A stretch of DNA of 64,000 bases from an uncultured Acidobacteriota bacterium (GCA_963809485.1 CAWEJX010000020.1:800001-864000), one strand, 5' to 3'. Positions 38,940 to 50,222 are shown, numbered from the stretch's first letter. The notes: a model not told the origin generated them from the letters alone. Translations and numbers: made by a program.

Positions 38940-39790
38940 AGCACCCCCTCGTAAGGTTTGAAGGAAGATCCGAATCTTTCAGCCATTTTTGTGTTGTACC
39001 TCTCGAGGAAAGAGGATTTCTCGCGATCGATGAATTTGCCGCAGGTGATTTTTCCCTTGAAATCCAAGCCGACCTCGCGCGTATCCGCGCCGTTCTGGAT
39101 CACGCTGTTTTCCTTGTAAAACTGCATCATCTCGAGGCCGTCTCCCAGCCGGTTCCTTCTTCCATACAGGGTCGGACAGGGGCTGATAAGCTCCACGAAG
39201 CTGAATCCTTTCTTCTGGATAGCTTCTTTCATAGCCTTGGTTGCCTGCCGGACATGAAAGGTCGTCCATCGCGCCACATAGACGGCGCCGGCAGATTCCG
39301 CCAGGTGCGGAAGGTTGAAGGGCTCTTCCGTGTTGCCGTAGGGCGTTGTCGAGGCGATGGCATCAATCGGGGTGGTGGGTGTGACCTGGCCTCCCGTCAT
39401 CCCATAGGTAAAGTTGTTGACGCAGATGATCGTCAAATCCATATTCCGGCGGGCGGCGTGGATGAAGTGGTTGCCGCCGATCGCAAAAAGATCGCCATCC
39501 CCGCTGTAAACGATGACTTTGAGTTTCGGATTGGCCAGCTTCAGGCCGGTGGCGAATGGTATAGGGCGGCCGTGCGTTGTATGAAAACTGTCCAGCTTCA
39601 AATAGCCTGCGACCCTGCCGGTGCAGCCGATTCCGGACACGACACTGATCTGTTCCAGCGGGATGCCGCACGTTTCGACAGCCCGCACGAAACAGTTGAC
39701 CGTAGTGCCCAGGCCGCAGCCGGAACACCAGATGTGCGGGATTCGATCCGTTCTCAGATACTGACTGACGGGATTGGCTGGATTTACCAT
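38936..39790 (-). CDS. korB: 2-oxoacid:ferredoxin oxidoreductase beta subunit
   Basis: WCSGCG, SGIGC, GDGD, NNFTYGMTGGQ, SPCPT. Confidence 0.92.
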   Translation of the reverse strand: MVNPANPVSQYLRTDRIPHIWCSGCGLGTTVNCFVRAVETCGIPLEQISVVSGIGCTGRVAGYLKLDSFHTTHGRPIPFATGLKLANPKLKVIVYSGDGDLFAIGGNHFIHAARRNMDLTIICVNNFTYGMTGGQVTPTTPIDAIASTTPYGNTEEPFNLPHLAESAGAVYVARWTTFHVRQATKAMKEAIQKKGFSFVELISPCPTLYGRRNRLGDGLEMMQFYKENSVIQNGADTREVGLDFKGKITCGKFIDREKSSFLERYNTKMAERFGSSFKPYEGVL

Positions 39791-40941
39791 GCGGCCTCCT
39801 TGATCTTCTCGAAGATAACCGTAGGATCGTGTACCGTTCCGCCGCCGTGAGGGACCAGGTACGATCCGGCTTTGCCTCCGATCGTGCGCTGCAGCTCGAA
39901 GAACATCTGCCCATAGTTGAGCTCGGGCATCACGAATGCTTTGACGCGGGCGGCAAGCTCGAGGATGCGGGCTTCCGGGAATGGCCAGGCCGTAATCAGC
40001 CGGAGGTGGCCGACCTTTATGCCTTCGTCTTTCGCCATTTCAATGGCCTTCACGGCCACTCTCGAAGTGATCCCGTAAGAAACCACGACAACGTCCGCGC
40101 TCTCGGTATCGGTCTCTTCCAGGGTGATGATGTTCCCGGCATTGTTGCGAATTTTTTCCACAAGCCGCCGCACGCATTTTTCCTGGGCTTCGGCATTCAT
40201 GACCGGATAGCCTCTCTCATCGTGCGTCAGCCCTGTCACATGGAATTTGTGGCCGTCTCCCGCCTTCGCCATTGCCGGCACGATATCCCCGTTTGTGAAA
40301 TACGGCAGATATTCGCCGGGCTTTGCCGTCGTATACCGGCGCGCTCTCACCTCGATCTCTTCCGCTTTCGGGATTACAACCTTTTCCGTCATGTGCCCGA
40401 CACACTCGTCCATCATCATCATGACCGGCACGCGGTATTCCTCGGCCAGGTTGAAGGCCCTGATAGTCAGGTCGAAACATTCCTGCGGCGAATTGGGGGC
40501 GAAGGCGATGATTTCGTAATCTCCATGGCTGCCCCACCTGGCCTGCATCATGTCCGCCTGGCCCGGCAGAGTAGGCAGCCCGGTGGAAGGGCCTCCCCGC
40601 TGGACATTCACGAATACGCATGGGGTCTCGAGCATTACGGCCAGGCCGATATGCTCCATCATCAGCGAGAATCCGGGCCCGGAAGTGACGGTCATGGCTT
40701 TCGCTCCCGCCCACACCGCGCCCTGGATGGCTATGGAAGAAGCAATTTCGTCCTCCATTTGAATAAAAATGCCTCCGACAGATGGAAACCGATTGGCGAT
40801 GCGTTCCACGACTTCCGTAGATGGAGTGATGGGATATCCTGCAACAAAACGGCAACCTGCGGAAAGGGCTCCCTCGCAGCACGCATGGTCTCCGTCCAGG
40901 AAGTGGGCGCCTGTCAAAACACCTTTGGGATCGGCTTTCAA
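39784..40941 (-). CDS. korA: 2-oxoacid:ferredoxin oxidoreductase alpha subunit
   Basis: GYPITPSTE, QMEDEI, TSGPGFSLM, QRGGPSTG; TTG 40941 after AAGGAGG. Confidence 0.92.
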   Translation of the reverse strand: MKADPKGVLTGAHFLDGDHACCEGALSAGCRFVAGYPITPSTEVVERIANRFPSVGGIFIQMEDEIASSIAIQGAVWAGAKAMTVTSGPGFSLMMEHIGLAVMLETPCVFVNVQRGGPSTGLPTLPGQADMMQARWGSHGDYEIIAFAPNSPQECFDLTIRAFNLAEEYRVPVMMMMDECVGHMTEKVVIPKAEEIEVRARRYTTAKPGEYLPYFTNGDIVPAMAKAGDGHKFHVTGLTHDERGYPVMNAEAQEKCVRRLVEKIRNNAGNIITLEETDTESADVVVVSYGITSRVAVKAIEMAKDEGIKVGHLRLITAWPFPEARILELAARVKAFVMPELNYGQMFFELQRTIGGKAGSYLVPHGGGTVHDPTVIFEKIKEAAW

Positions 40942-40952
40942 TGGGCCTCCTT

Positions 40953-41201
40953 TCAGGCAACGGTCTTTAGCAGCTTTCCAAAAATGGCGAAATCCGGGCA
41001 ATAAATCCCGCACAGATCGCAGCCGGTGCACGCTTCCGGCTTTACGGCGCGCGGGGGATGGTACCCCTTGCTGTTGAATTCCTCTGAGAACTCAAGCACC
41101 CCGGCAGGGCAAAACTCGACGCAAAAGCCGCAGCCTTTGCAAAGCTCAATCTCGATTGCAACGATACCTCGAGCCCCTCTGGGTTTCTTCGCCTCTGCCA
41201 T
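40953..41201 (-). CDS. korD: 2-oxoacid oxidoreductase delta subunit (2x4Fe-4S ferredoxin)
   Basis: [12 protein letters not shown] and [16 protein letters not shown]. Confidence 0.9.
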   Translation of the reverse strand: MAEAKKPRGARGIVAIEIELCKGCGFCVEFCPAGVLEFSEEFNSKGYHPPRAVKPEACTGCDLCGIYCPDFAIFGKLLKTVA

Positions 41202-41312
41202 CTGTGGATTCCTCCTGATACACCTAATCTACCCACACCCATCCATGTTGGCAACAAAATATTCGAATCGAGGGACAGCCGGGTTGTATGACATGGATTC
41301 GAAAATCTCCGG

Positions 41313-42710
41313 CTAATCCGGAGCTATTTCTTTTGCTTCTGGAGCGGCGGACAATTTCTTCTCGACATTCTCGAGGGTTTCCCCCTTGATATTGATGCGA
41401 TAGAAACAGACCAGGATTGCGCAGAGGATGCATGGAACGGCGAACAGGCCTAAATATTGATCGAACGAGAATCCCCGGGCCTGAAGAAAGCCGCCCAGCA
41501 GCGGTCCGCAGATCGCGCCGAACCTTCCCATGGTCAAGGCCCAGCCGACTCCCGTAGAGCGGACGAACGTGGGGTAAAACTCGCCCGTGACTGCGTGCTG
41601 AGCGGATTGGGCGCCATTGACGAAAAAACCGGCCGCTGCGCCGACCAGCACGAGACCTGCCGGGCTTCCGGTAAGGAGTCCGAAGAGCCACAGGGTGATG
41701 GCCGCAAATATGTACGAAAATATCAGGCTCGGCTTCCTGCCGAAACGGTCCATAAGGACACCGATGACCACAGCGCCCACTGCCCCGCCGATGTGATTCA
41801 GCGAAGTATACCCGTAGCTCTTTACCGGAGGGACGCCTGCGGCGACCAGCAGGGTCGGCAGCCAGGTGGTAAGCCCGTAGATGACCAGAAGGTTGCAGAA
41901 ATAAACCATCCATATCAGGAGTGTCGTGACGGCAAGTTTGGAGGCAAACAACTGACGAACGCCTGCACTTTTCGCCGCCGGGACGACAAAGCTCTCCCTG
42001 GCCCACCGAACCGGAGCGGTACCGGCCGCGCGCTCCATTCTTCTCAGAATCCCGATGGCATCCTCGAACCGCCCCTTTTGAGCCAGGAAGCGGATGGATT
42101 CCGGCAGGTAGACGTAAAGCACCGGCAGGAACAGAACCGGGATAAATGCAAACAACAGCATCAGCCGCCAACCGTATACGGGAACCAGCAGCATCGAGAG
42201 AAAGCCGGCCAGCGCAGGACCGATCATAAAACCTGCCATCATTGCGGCGACCATGCTCGCACGGATCCTTGCGGGCGCGAATTCCGTGGCCAGCGTGATG
42301 GTGAGGGTCAAAACGCCTCCGATTCCCAAACCGGAAATGAAGCGAAGAATACAGAAGCTTTGGAAATCAGGGGCCCAGTAGAGGGCGCCGCCAAAGAAAG
42401 AGAACAGGAACAGGCCTGTCAGAAGCGGAGTTTTTCTGCCAATCCTGTCGGCAAGCATCCCCAGGCCGGCAGTGCCTATCATGAGCCCCGCGAGCCCATA
42501 GGAAGCAAGCGATCCGGCTTCGACGGGGCTCAAATGCCAGTCCCTGATCATATCCGGCAAGATGTAAGCAATCACCTGAGAATAATAGCCGTCAAAAATC
42601 AGGGTGATCATGCCGAGAAGGATGAGGAGAGCGTGGAAGCGGTTGAACTTCTGTTCATCACAAAATTTGGCCGCCTCCGGCGCTTTCTCAGTCTCGACTT
42701 TTATGCTCAT
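41313..42710 (-). CDS. MFS aromatic acid:H+ symporter-like transporter
   Basis: FDGY, LADRIGRK, LRFISGLGIGG, LPESIRFL, EFYPTFVRSTGVG. Confidence 0.88.
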   Translation of the reverse strand: MSIKVETEKAPEAAKFCDEQKFNRFHALLILLGMITLIFDGYYSQVIAYILPDMIRDWHLSPVEAGSLASYGLAGLMIGTAGLGMLADRIGRKTPLLTGLFLFSFFGGALYWAPDFQSFCILRFISGLGIGGVLTLTITLATEFAPARIRASMVAAMMAGFMIGPALAGFLSMLLVPVYGWRLMLLFAFIPVLFLPVLYVYLPESIRFLAQKGRFEDAIGILRRMERAAGTAPVRWARESFVVPAAKSAGVRQLFASKLAVTTLLIWMVYFCNLLVIYGLTTWLPTLLVAAGVPPVKSYGYTSLNHIGGAVGAVVIGVLMDRFGRKPSLIFSYIFAAITLWLFGLLTGSPAGLVLVGAAAGFFVNGAQSAQHAVTGEFYPTFVRSTGVGWALTMGRFGAICGPLLGGFLQARGFSFDQYLGLFAVPCILCAILVCFYRINIKGETLENVEKKLSAAPEAKEIAPD

Positions 42711-43056
42711 GGATTAGGTCATTCATCGTTACGAGAGCCTGCAATGAAATCCTCAGACCCCAAACATCCGAGGACGACAGGAACCTCGATCAACGGATAT
42801 CTGATTTCGATGATCCGGAGTTCCCTCACCTGTTTCGGCTTCCTGTGTGCAAACCGATCTTGAAATATGGCGCCGGAGCCATGAAGAAGCATCCGGCTGC
42901 CTGTGCATCCCGGCACTGTGAATTTGGGGCTTGGTCCCTAGAACCCGCTCGGTTACCATTTCGTGGGGTTCGGGAGTCCTTAGAATTCCAAATCCCCAAA
43001 ATGCATCCAGGGCTCACGGGCTTCAAAACAGAGTTTACTTCAGAAAGAGGCGCGGC

Positions 43057-44121
43057 ATGCGATTAAGTTTTAGAGCGGCGGCGGTTTTGGCGCTGATCCT
43101 TTCGGGCATTTGCCCGGGCAACCGACTGCTTTGCGGTCAGAAACGAAGCTCCACCGCCGGCAAGCAGGTGGCATCGGTCGACGGCGTGGCAATAACGGAA
43201 ACCCAGGTCCGGGAGGCCGGAACGGCTGATCTGGACTCGCTGGAATTGCAGGTCCTTAAATCCAAGGCCTCGTTTGCCCGGAAAGAGCATGCGATACTCG
43301 AGAAATCGCTGAACGATCTCATCGAGCAGAAGCTGCTGCAGTCCGAGGCAGCCCGGCGAGGGATTTCCAAGGAAGAACTGCTCGCCAGGGAACTCCGGCA
43401 GAATGCGCAGGAACCCACGGAAAAGGAAATTGACGCCTTTTACCAATCGAACAAGCAGCGCATCAATAAGCCCAGGGAGGAAGTGGCTGCCCAGATAAAA
43501 AAATACCTGGCGCAGCAGAAGGAGAGCGGCGCCCGGGAAACATTCCTGAAAAAGCTGGAGACGGAGCACCGCGTCGTTCGATCGCTTCCACCGCTGCGCT
43601 TCGAAGTAGATGCTGCCGGACGCCCTTTTCTCGGCCCCGCTTCCGCGCCGGTCACCCTGGTGGTTTTCTCGGATTTTCAATGCCCCTATTGCAAAAACTA
43701 CAGCACGACGCTGAAGGAACTGCCAAAGAACTACGGCAAGAAGGTTCGCCTTGTTTTCCGCCAGTTCCCTCTCACCAGCATGCATCGTTTTGCCCAAAAG
43801 GCTGCGGAAGCCTCTCTGTGCGCGGCGGAGCAGGGCCGTTTCTGGGAAATGCACGACCTGCTGTTCCAGGATATCAAAAGCCTGGAAAACAGCGATCTCA
43901 AGGCAAAAGCGGTCAAGCTCGGCCTCAATTCCGCCGCGTTCAATGCCTGTCTCGATCAGTCGCGAACCAGCGGCAGGATCCGCGAGGATATACACGCCGG
44001 AGCCGGAGCCGGGGTGGACGGCACCCCTGCGTTGTTTGTTAACGGCAGGTATTTGAACGGGGTCCGCCCCTATGAAGAGATCGCTGCCATAGTCGATGAG
44101 GAGCTGAATACAAAGCGCTAG
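43057..44121 (+). CDS. Exported DsbA-family thioredoxin with SurA-like N-terminal domain
   Basis: Signal peptide; FSDFQCPYC; GVDGTPALFVNG. Confidence 0.88.
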   Translation: MRLSFRAAAVLALILSGICPGNRLLCGQKRSSTAGKQVASVDGVAITETQVREAGTADLDSLELQVLKSKASFARKEHAILEKSLNDLIEQKLLQSEAARRGISKEELLARELRQNAQEPTEKEIDAFYQSNKQRINKPREEVAAQIKKYLAQQKESGARETFLKKLETEHRVVRSLPPLRFEVDAAGRPFLGPASAPVTLVVFSDFQCPYCKNYSTTLKELPKNYGKKVRLVFRQFPLTSMHRFAQKAAEASLCAAEQGRFWEMHDLLFQDIKSLENSDLKAKAVKLGLNSAAFNACLDQSRTSGRIREDIHAGAGAGVDGTPALFVNGRYLNGVRPYEEIAAIVDEELNTKR

Positions 44122-44306
44122 CGTCCCATTTGTGCCATGCTTTCCTGATACAACTGCGAGGTGATTTGAGACCGCAGGTTGCAGTTCGGACCGTCATGCT
44201 GCAACCTGGAACCTTCAATCGATGGAATACATGCCCGCCGGAGACGCAGCAGCAGGAAAGCCCTGAATAACGCGCAGAATCGCCAAAAAGCTCAGGAGAT
44301 CCGAGG

Positions 44307-46415
44307 ATGAGGCTTTTTCGGGCAGGAGTGGGTGTATTGCTTTTGTTTTGTTCGGCTGGCCAATTCGCCCGGCCGGAGCAGGCCCAGGCTCGCAGGACTT
44401 TTGAGATCGCCGATTATTATCAAACCGCCTTTGTTTCAGCACCTGCCGTAAGTCCTGACGGGAAACATGTCGTTTTCACGGTGCGCCGCTATGACCTCGA
44501 GCGGGGAAACACCTGGTCCGAAATCTGGATAATGGCGGCCGATGGCGGCACTTTGCGCCAGATGACTTTCGGTCATTATAACGACGTCTCGCCGGCCTTT
44601 TCCATCGACGGCAAACAGCTGCTATTTATTTCGGACCGGGCGGGAGACAAGTCCCAGCTCTTCACCCTTCGGTTCGACGGCGGCGAGCCGGTCCAGCTCA
44701 CATACTTTTCGACAGGCGTTTCGGACCCGAGGTTGTCTCCAGATGGCCGCTGGATTGCCGTAACCGCGCGTGTTTATCCGGAGTGCGGAGCTGACGATGC
44801 CTGCAATCGCGCGATGGCCGAGGGATTGGAGCAAGGGAGACTCCGGGCTCATGTTGCGGACAGCCTGCTCTACCGGCACTGGACTTCCTGGCGGGACGGA
44901 ACCTGCGCTCATATCCTGCTTGTGGATGCAAAAGATGGAAAAATCATCCGGGATCTTACACCGGGAAACTGGGACAGCCCAACTTTCTCTGTGACCGGGG
45001 ATCGCGGATATGACTTCTCGCCGGACGGCCGCGAGCTCTGCTATGTTTCCAACCACGATCCGGATCCGGCCAGCTCGACTAATGCCGACCTGTGGATCGT
45101 GCCTGTCGAAGGGGAAACTCGCTCCGCGCGTAATGTTACGGCGACAAACCAGGGCTGGGATGGAAGCCCCCTGTACTCTCCCGACGGTCGATATATCGGA
45201 TATCGCAGTCAGGCAACGCCCGGGTATGAATCGGCTTTGTACAGGCTTGCCGTTTACGATCGGGGCGCACAGATCATTCGCTACCTCACGGATGTGGCCA
45301 ATCATGACAACTGGGTTTCGGGCCTGGCGTGGCCTTCCGATTCCAAAGCCCTATTCTTCCAGGGTGAAGACAGGGCTCGGAATCCCATTTACCGCATGGA
45401 CCTGGAAACGGGCGCGATAAAGCTCATTCTGACTGACGGGGATATCGACAAATGGCTGCTGACACCGGATGGCAGGACGCTGATCTATGTCCGCAGCAAA
45501 ATCAGCGAACCACCGGAAATTTATCGGGCCGCCGTGAATGCTTCCGATTCGCGCCCTTTGACTCGCTTCAACACCGATCTCATCCGCCAGGTGGATTTCC
45601 GCAAACCGGAGGAAATGTGGGTCCAGGGAGCCGGCAACTATAAAATCCACGTATTCGTAATCAAGCCGCATGGCTTTGATCCGGCGTCGAAATACCCGCT
45701 GATTCTTAATGTGCACGGCGGCCCCCAATCCCAATGGACAGACTCCTATCGCGGGGACTGGCAAGTCTATACGGGCAAAGGCTATGTCGTGGCATTCGCC
45801 AATCCCACCGGATCCACGGGTTACGGACAGAAATTCACGGATGCGATCCGCAAAGACTGGGGTGGACGGGTGTTCCAGGATCTCATGCTGGTCACGGATG
45901 AGATGGAGAAGCTTCCTTATGTCGACAAGGAACGTATGGGCGCCATGGGTTGGTCCTACGGCGGATATATGACCATGTGGTTTGAAGGGAACACTCCGCG
46001 TTTCAAGGCGCTTGCTTCCATGATGGGGCTCTACAACCTGCCCGCGTTTCACGGCGCAACAGAGGAATTATGGTTCCCGGAATGGGATCTGGGAGGCGCG
46101 CCGTGGGATTCGGAATTCTACAGGAAATGGTCTCCTTCCGAACATGTGAGGAAATTTAAAACTCCCTGCCTCGTAATCACCGGCGAAAGGGACTTCAGGG
46201 TTCCATATACCCAAAGCCTCGAGTTTTTTACCGCGCTTCAAAAGATGAAGGTGCCTTCAAAACTGATTGTCTTCCAGAACGCCGGGCATTGGCCCGACTG
46301 GTATGATATGGCGTTTTACTACAACGCTCATCTGGACTGGTTTCATCGCTGGCTGGGAGGCGAGCCGGCGCCCTACGAAATGCAAAAATTCCAGCGCAAC
46401 CAGCTATCCCGGTAA
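44307..46415 (+). CDS. Exported S9 family peptidase (prolyl oligopeptidase/acylaminoacyl peptidase)
   Basis: Signal peptide, PD40 propeller repeats, HGGP, GWSYGG, DFRV, AGH. Confidence 0.92.
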   Translation: MRLFRAGVGVLLLFCSAGQFARPEQAQARRTFEIADYYQTAFVSAPAVSPDGKHVVFTVRRYDLERGNTWSEIWIMAADGGTLRQMTFGHYNDVSPAFSIDGKQLLFISDRAGDKSQLFTLRFDGGEPVQLTYFSTGVSDPRLSPDGRWIAVTARVYPECGADDACNRAMAEGLEQGRLRAHVADSLLYRHWTSWRDGTCAHILLVDAKDGKIIRDLTPGNWDSPTFSVTGDRGYDFSPDGRELCYVSNHDPDPASSTNADLWIVPVEGETRSARNVTATNQGWDGSPLYSPDGRYIGYRSQATPGYESALYRLAVYDRGAQIIRYLTDVANHDNWVSGLAWPSDSKALFFQGEDRARNPIYRMDLETGAIKLILTDGDIDKWLLTPDGRTLIYVRSKISEPPEIYRAAVNASDSRPLTRFNTDLIRQVDFRKPEEMWVQGAGNYKIHVFVIKPHGFDPASKYPLILNVHGGPQSQWTDSYRGDWQVYTGKGYVVAFANPTGSTGYGQKFTDAIRKDWGGRVFQDLMLVTDEMEKLPYVDKERMGAMGWSYGGYMTMWFEGNTPRFKALASMMGLYNLPAFHGATEELWFPEWDLGGAPWDSEFYRKWSPSEHVRKFKTPCLVITGERDFRVPYTQSLEFFTALQKMKVPSKLIVFQNAGHWPDWYDMAFYYNAHLDWFHRWLGGEPAPYEMQKFQRNQLSR

Positions 46416-46501
46416 ATCCAGCCGGGGGATTGCCGGCTTATGAATTCAGCTGTCCGTTTGTCGCTGTAACTCTGAGTTAAAAAATTGGACATGCGGCCGG
46501 A

Positions 46502-47953
46502 CTATTTGCGCCAGTAGGCCGGGGTAAACAGCACGATTACGGTATAGAATTCCAGCCTCCCTGCCAGCATGCATACCGTGAGGACCCATTTGGCCAAATC
46601 CGGCATGGTTCCGTAATTGTCATAGGGCCCGATTGCGCCAAGACCCGGCCCGACGTTGAACATGCAGGCCACGACAGCGGTGATGGACGTAAGAATGTCC
46701 AATCCGCAGGCGGTCAGAATTAGCGAAGCGGCGAAATTGACCAGCAAAGCCAGGTGGATAAGGTTCAGCAATCCCTGGATGGTTGCTTCGTGGACCGGGG
46801 TGCCGCCCAGGCGGACAGCGTAGACGCCACGGCGATTTATCACTCTATGGAACTGCCGTGCCACCACTTTAAAGAGGAGCGCGATGCGGCCGACTTTGAG
46901 TCCTCCTGCCGTAGAACCCGCACAACCGCCGATGAACATCAGTGCAATCAACAGCAATTGGGCGAAATGCGGCCAGATTTCGAAGTTGGCGCTTGAAAAC
47001 CCGGTTGTGGTCATTATGGATGAAACCTGGAATAGGGCTTGCCGGGCAGCGGAGGCTGGATGCGTGCCAGCGACAAAAACCAATGAAGCCGCAATAGCCA
47101 GTGTCGTTCCGGAAATTACCAGCAGGTAGAGCCGGAATTCCGAATCAGCCGTAATCCGGCGAACCGATCCCTGCACCAGCAGCCGGTAGTGCAGGGTAAA
47201 GTTGACGCCGGCCAGCAGCATGAACAGGATAAGGATCGCTTCGATGACCGGGCTGTGAAAAGCTTCCACGCTGATATTGCGGGTTGAGAATCCCCCCGTG
47301 CCCATGGTTGAAAAGGTGTGGCACAGCGAATCGAGCCAGTCCATTCCGGCGAGTCTGAGGGCGGCATATTCCAGGACACCGAATGCCACATAAATTTTCC
47401 AGAGAGCCTTTGCCGTTTCGGCGATCCTGGGAGTGAGCTTTTCAGACCGCGCCCCGGAAAACTCGGCTTGATAAAGCTCGATCCCGCCCACACCCATAAG
47501 CGGCAAAACCGCGATTCCCAGAAGGATGATGCCCATTCCTCCAACCCAATGCGTGAAGCATCGCCAGAATTGCAGGCTCCTGGGCAAAACCTCGACCGAG
47601 GCAAGAATCGTCGCGCCCGTGGTCGTGAAGCCCGAAACCGATTCAAAGAGCGCATCCGTCGCGGTTGGGTAAAAGGGGGAAAGCCGGAAAGGAATGGCGC
47701 CGAAAACACAGATGACGAGCCAGCTGAGGGTAACCAGGAGCAACCCGTCCCTGTGGCTCAACTCTTCATCGGAACGTCTCGAAAACCGGCGCAACAGCAT
47801 GGCAGCTGCGGCCGTCACAGCCAGAGACAGCAGCAAGGGCCGGAGCCCGATGTCTCTATAGGCGATGGCAATGCCGAGCGGCAGCAGGAGCGAGAAAGCC
47901 TCGCCGAAAAGGATGAAGGAAAGGAACCTTAGGACTATGTTCCAGTGGATCAC
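46502..47953 (-). CDS. trkH: Trk potassium uptake membrane protein
   Basis: FESVSGFTTTG, TGGFS, GSTAGGLK, NVGPG, GRLE. Confidence 0.94.
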   Translation of the reverse strand: MIHWNIVLRFLSFILFGEAFSLLLPLGIAIAYRDIGLRPLLLSLAVTAAAAMLLRRFSRRSDEELSHRDGLLLVTLSWLVICVFGAIPFRLSPFYPTATDALFESVSGFTTTGATILASVEVLPRSLQFWRCFTHWVGGMGIILLGIAVLPLMGVGGIELYQAEFSGARSEKLTPRIAETAKALWKIYVAFGVLEYAALRLAGMDWLDSLCHTFSTMGTGGFSTRNISVEAFHSPVIEAILILFMLLAGVNFTLHYRLLVQGSVRRITADSEFRLYLLVISGTTLAIAASLVFVAGTHPASAARQALFQVSSIMTTTGFSSANFEIWPHFAQLLLIALMFIGGCAGSTAGGLKVGRIALLFKVVARQFHRVINRRGVYAVRLGGTPVHEATIQGLLNLIHLALLVNFAASLILTACGLDILTSITAVVACMFNVGPGLGAIGPYDNYGTMPDLAKWVLTVCMLAGRLEFYTVIVLFTPAYWRK

Positions 47954-47971
47954 TTGGGCTCTCTGACAATT

Positions 47972-49327
47972 TCAGGCGATGAATGCGGACTCCAGCCGCG
48001 TCACGATCTGCTCCAGGCAGAAGAACACGACCCGATCGCCTGTCTGGATTATGCTGTCGCCGGAGGGCACCTCCACATCACCCGAGGAACGCGCAATGGC
48101 TCCGACAATGACACCCCGGGGCAGGTTGAGCTTGCGCAGGGGTTTTCCCACATACTTGGAACGGGAAGTTGCCACCAGTTCCAGCGCCTCCACTTCTTCG
48201 TTCCGGAAAGTGGTGACTGAAAAAATTTTCCCTTTCCGCACAAACCGGAGGATGCGATCGACCACCGCCAGCCGGGTGCTGAATATCGAATTGATTCCCA
48301 GCATCTGGGCCATCGGCAGCAGGTCGAGCCTGTTGACGAGGGCGACAGCCTTGCGAGCGCCGAGCCGGCGGGCCAATAGGCATGCGATGATGTTGTCTTC
48401 GTCGTCAGCCGAAAGTGCCAGGTAGGCGTCGATGCCCTCGATGTTTTCTTCGGAAAGCACACGCTGCTCCATCCCGTCCGCGTGGACCACAACGGCGTTT
48501 TCGAAAAGGCCCGAGATCAGCTCGCACCGGTGCAGGTCGCGCTCGAACAGCTTGACCTGGACTCCCTGGCGCTCGAGGCGCAGGGCCGCCTCGATGCCGA
48601 TCTGCCTCCCCCCCACAATAAAAACGCGCTGGATCTCCTTCGGCGGCGGCAGGCCCACGAATTCCGCCACGGCCGCGTAATCGCTTGAGGGCACCATGAT
48701 GTAAACATGGTCGCCCGCGCGCAAGTCATCCTCGCCACGCGGTATGATGACCCGATGCGCTCTAAAAATCATGGCCATCAGCGCGTTTCTTGCCGGCTTC
48801 ATGCGATTCAGTTCCTGGATTGTCTTGCCGATCACCCAGCTGCCTGCCTCAATGTTCATCCCGAAGAGCTTCACCCGGCCATCGGCGAAGTCATAGATCT
48901 CGGAAACGCCTGCAAGACTGAGCACGTTGAGGATGCGATCCACCGTCTCACGATCCGGGTGGATCACCAGGTCCACTTTGAGCATGTCACTCTCGCAGAT
49001 CGAGCGCCAGCTGTCGACCTCATGAGTCCGGAGGCGCACCACCTTGATTTTCACATTCGAATGGGCCTGGGCGATCAGGCAAGCCAGGAGATTGGTTTCA
49101 TCACTCTGCGTGACGGCTATCAGCATCTCGGCGTCCTGGAGGCCCGCGCGCTTGAGCGTATCGATGCTGCTAGCATTGCCGCAGACAACTTTGACATCGA
49201 GCGCTTCCTCCAGCTCGGTGCAACGGTCCTGGTCGATTTCAACCAGGGCCACTTCGTTTTGTTCGCGCGTCAATCGCCTGGCAATCAGGTTGCCTACCTG
49301 ACCGCCTCCAAGAATGAGTATGCGCAT
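47972..49327 (-). CDS. trkA: Trk potassium uptake NAD-binding subunit
   Basis: Two RCK N/C pairs (GGGQVG, GGRQIG). Confidence 0.94.
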   Translation of the reverse strand: MRILILGGGQVGNLIARRLTREQNEVALVEIDQDRCTELEEALDVKVVCGNASSIDTLKRAGLQDAEMLIAVTQSDETNLLACLIAQAHSNVKIKVVRLRTHEVDSWRSICESDMLKVDLVIHPDRETVDRILNVLSLAGVSEIYDFADGRVKLFGMNIEAGSWVIGKTIQELNRMKPARNALMAMIFRAHRVIIPRGEDDLRAGDHVYIMVPSSDYAAVAEFVGLPPPKEIQRVFIVGGRQIGIEAALRLERQGVQVKLFERDLHRCELISGLFENAVVVHADGMEQRVLSEENIEGIDAYLALSADDEDNIIACLLARRLGARKAVALVNRLDLLPMAQMLGINSIFSTRLAVVDRILRFVRKGKIFSVTTFRNEEVEALELVATSRSKYVGKPLRKLNLPRGVIVGAIARSSGDVEVPSGDSIIQTGDRVVFFCLEQIVTRLESAFIA

Positions 49328-49458
49328 GCGGATACCCTCAATAGCAATCCGGACCGACAGGGAACAAGATGTCCCAGTGCAACGGCCCGCCCTATCATAT
49401 CCTGACAGGTGGCAAATTGTGTACTCATTGCACGTGGACCATTGCCTTATTGATCGGT

Positions 49459-49546
49459 GTTTGTCAGCGTGTGTCGGCGTTCAATGATCCTGGGGCTCTC
49501 AAACTCTGAGAGTCCCCCGGCAGGGCTGTGGGATTACCAGTTTATT
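49459..49546 (-). repeat. Diverged one-ended copy of the IS200-like element (subfamily B)
   Basis: gtttgtcagcg..aatgatcctgg..tcaaactc..agtcccccggcag..ttaccagtttatt. Confidence 0.6.
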
Positions 49547-49574
49547 CATTCGGATTGTGGGCACAGGGTATCGC

Positions 49575-50222
49575 CTAGATATAGTGTTTGCGGAGGGCGT
49601 ACCGAACGAGCTCTGCGGTCTTGCGGACGTTCAGCTTGTTCATCATGTTGGCGCGGTGCCGTTCCACGGTGCGGACGCTGATGCACAGCAGATCCCCGAT
49701 TTCCTTGTTGGACTTGCCCTCGGCAATCAGCTTTAGAATTTCCCTTTGCCGGACCGTCAGCGATTCGGCAGGGCCGGCATCATCTTCTCCGCGGCGCAGC
49801 CGGACCCAGTTCTGCATCGATTGATCCACCAGGCTCGGCGAAATGTATATTTTACCGCGCTGGATATTTTCAATCGCCGTGAAGAGCTCACCCTCTGCGT
49901 CCTCCTTGAGCAGGTATCCGTTTGCGCCGGCGGAAATTGCCTGGTGAAGGTACTCCTCTTCCCTGTACATGGTGAGAACCAGCACCTTTACCGCAGGCCG
50001 GATCTGCCGGATCTCCGGGATCGCCTCGATTCCGCGCAGATGAGGCATGGATACATCGAGGATGACCATGTCCGGATCTATCTTGTGCAAGACACTGACC
50101 AGTTCCAGTCCGTCGCCAGCCTCGCCGGCTATTTCAAGATTGGGATTTTCCTCCAATATGCGCCTCAATCCGCGCCGGACCAGGATGTGATCGTCAGCCA
50201 AAACAACCCGATACGTTTTCAC
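49575..50222 (-). CDS. NarL/LuxR-family response regulator (no adjacent kinase)
   Basis: LADDH, ILDVSMP, GYLLK, LTVRQREILKLIAEGKSNKEI. Confidence 0.93.
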   Translation of the reverse strand: MKTYRVVLADDHILVRRGLRRILEENPNLEIAGEAGDGLELVSVLHKIDPDMVILDVSMPHLRGIEAIPEIRQIRPAVKVLVLTMYREEEYLHQAISAGANGYLLKEDAEGELFTAIENIQRGKIYISPSLVDQSMQNWVRLRRGEDDAGPAESLTVRQREILKLIAEGKSNKEIGDLLCISVRTVERHRANMMNKLNVRKTAELVRYALRKHYI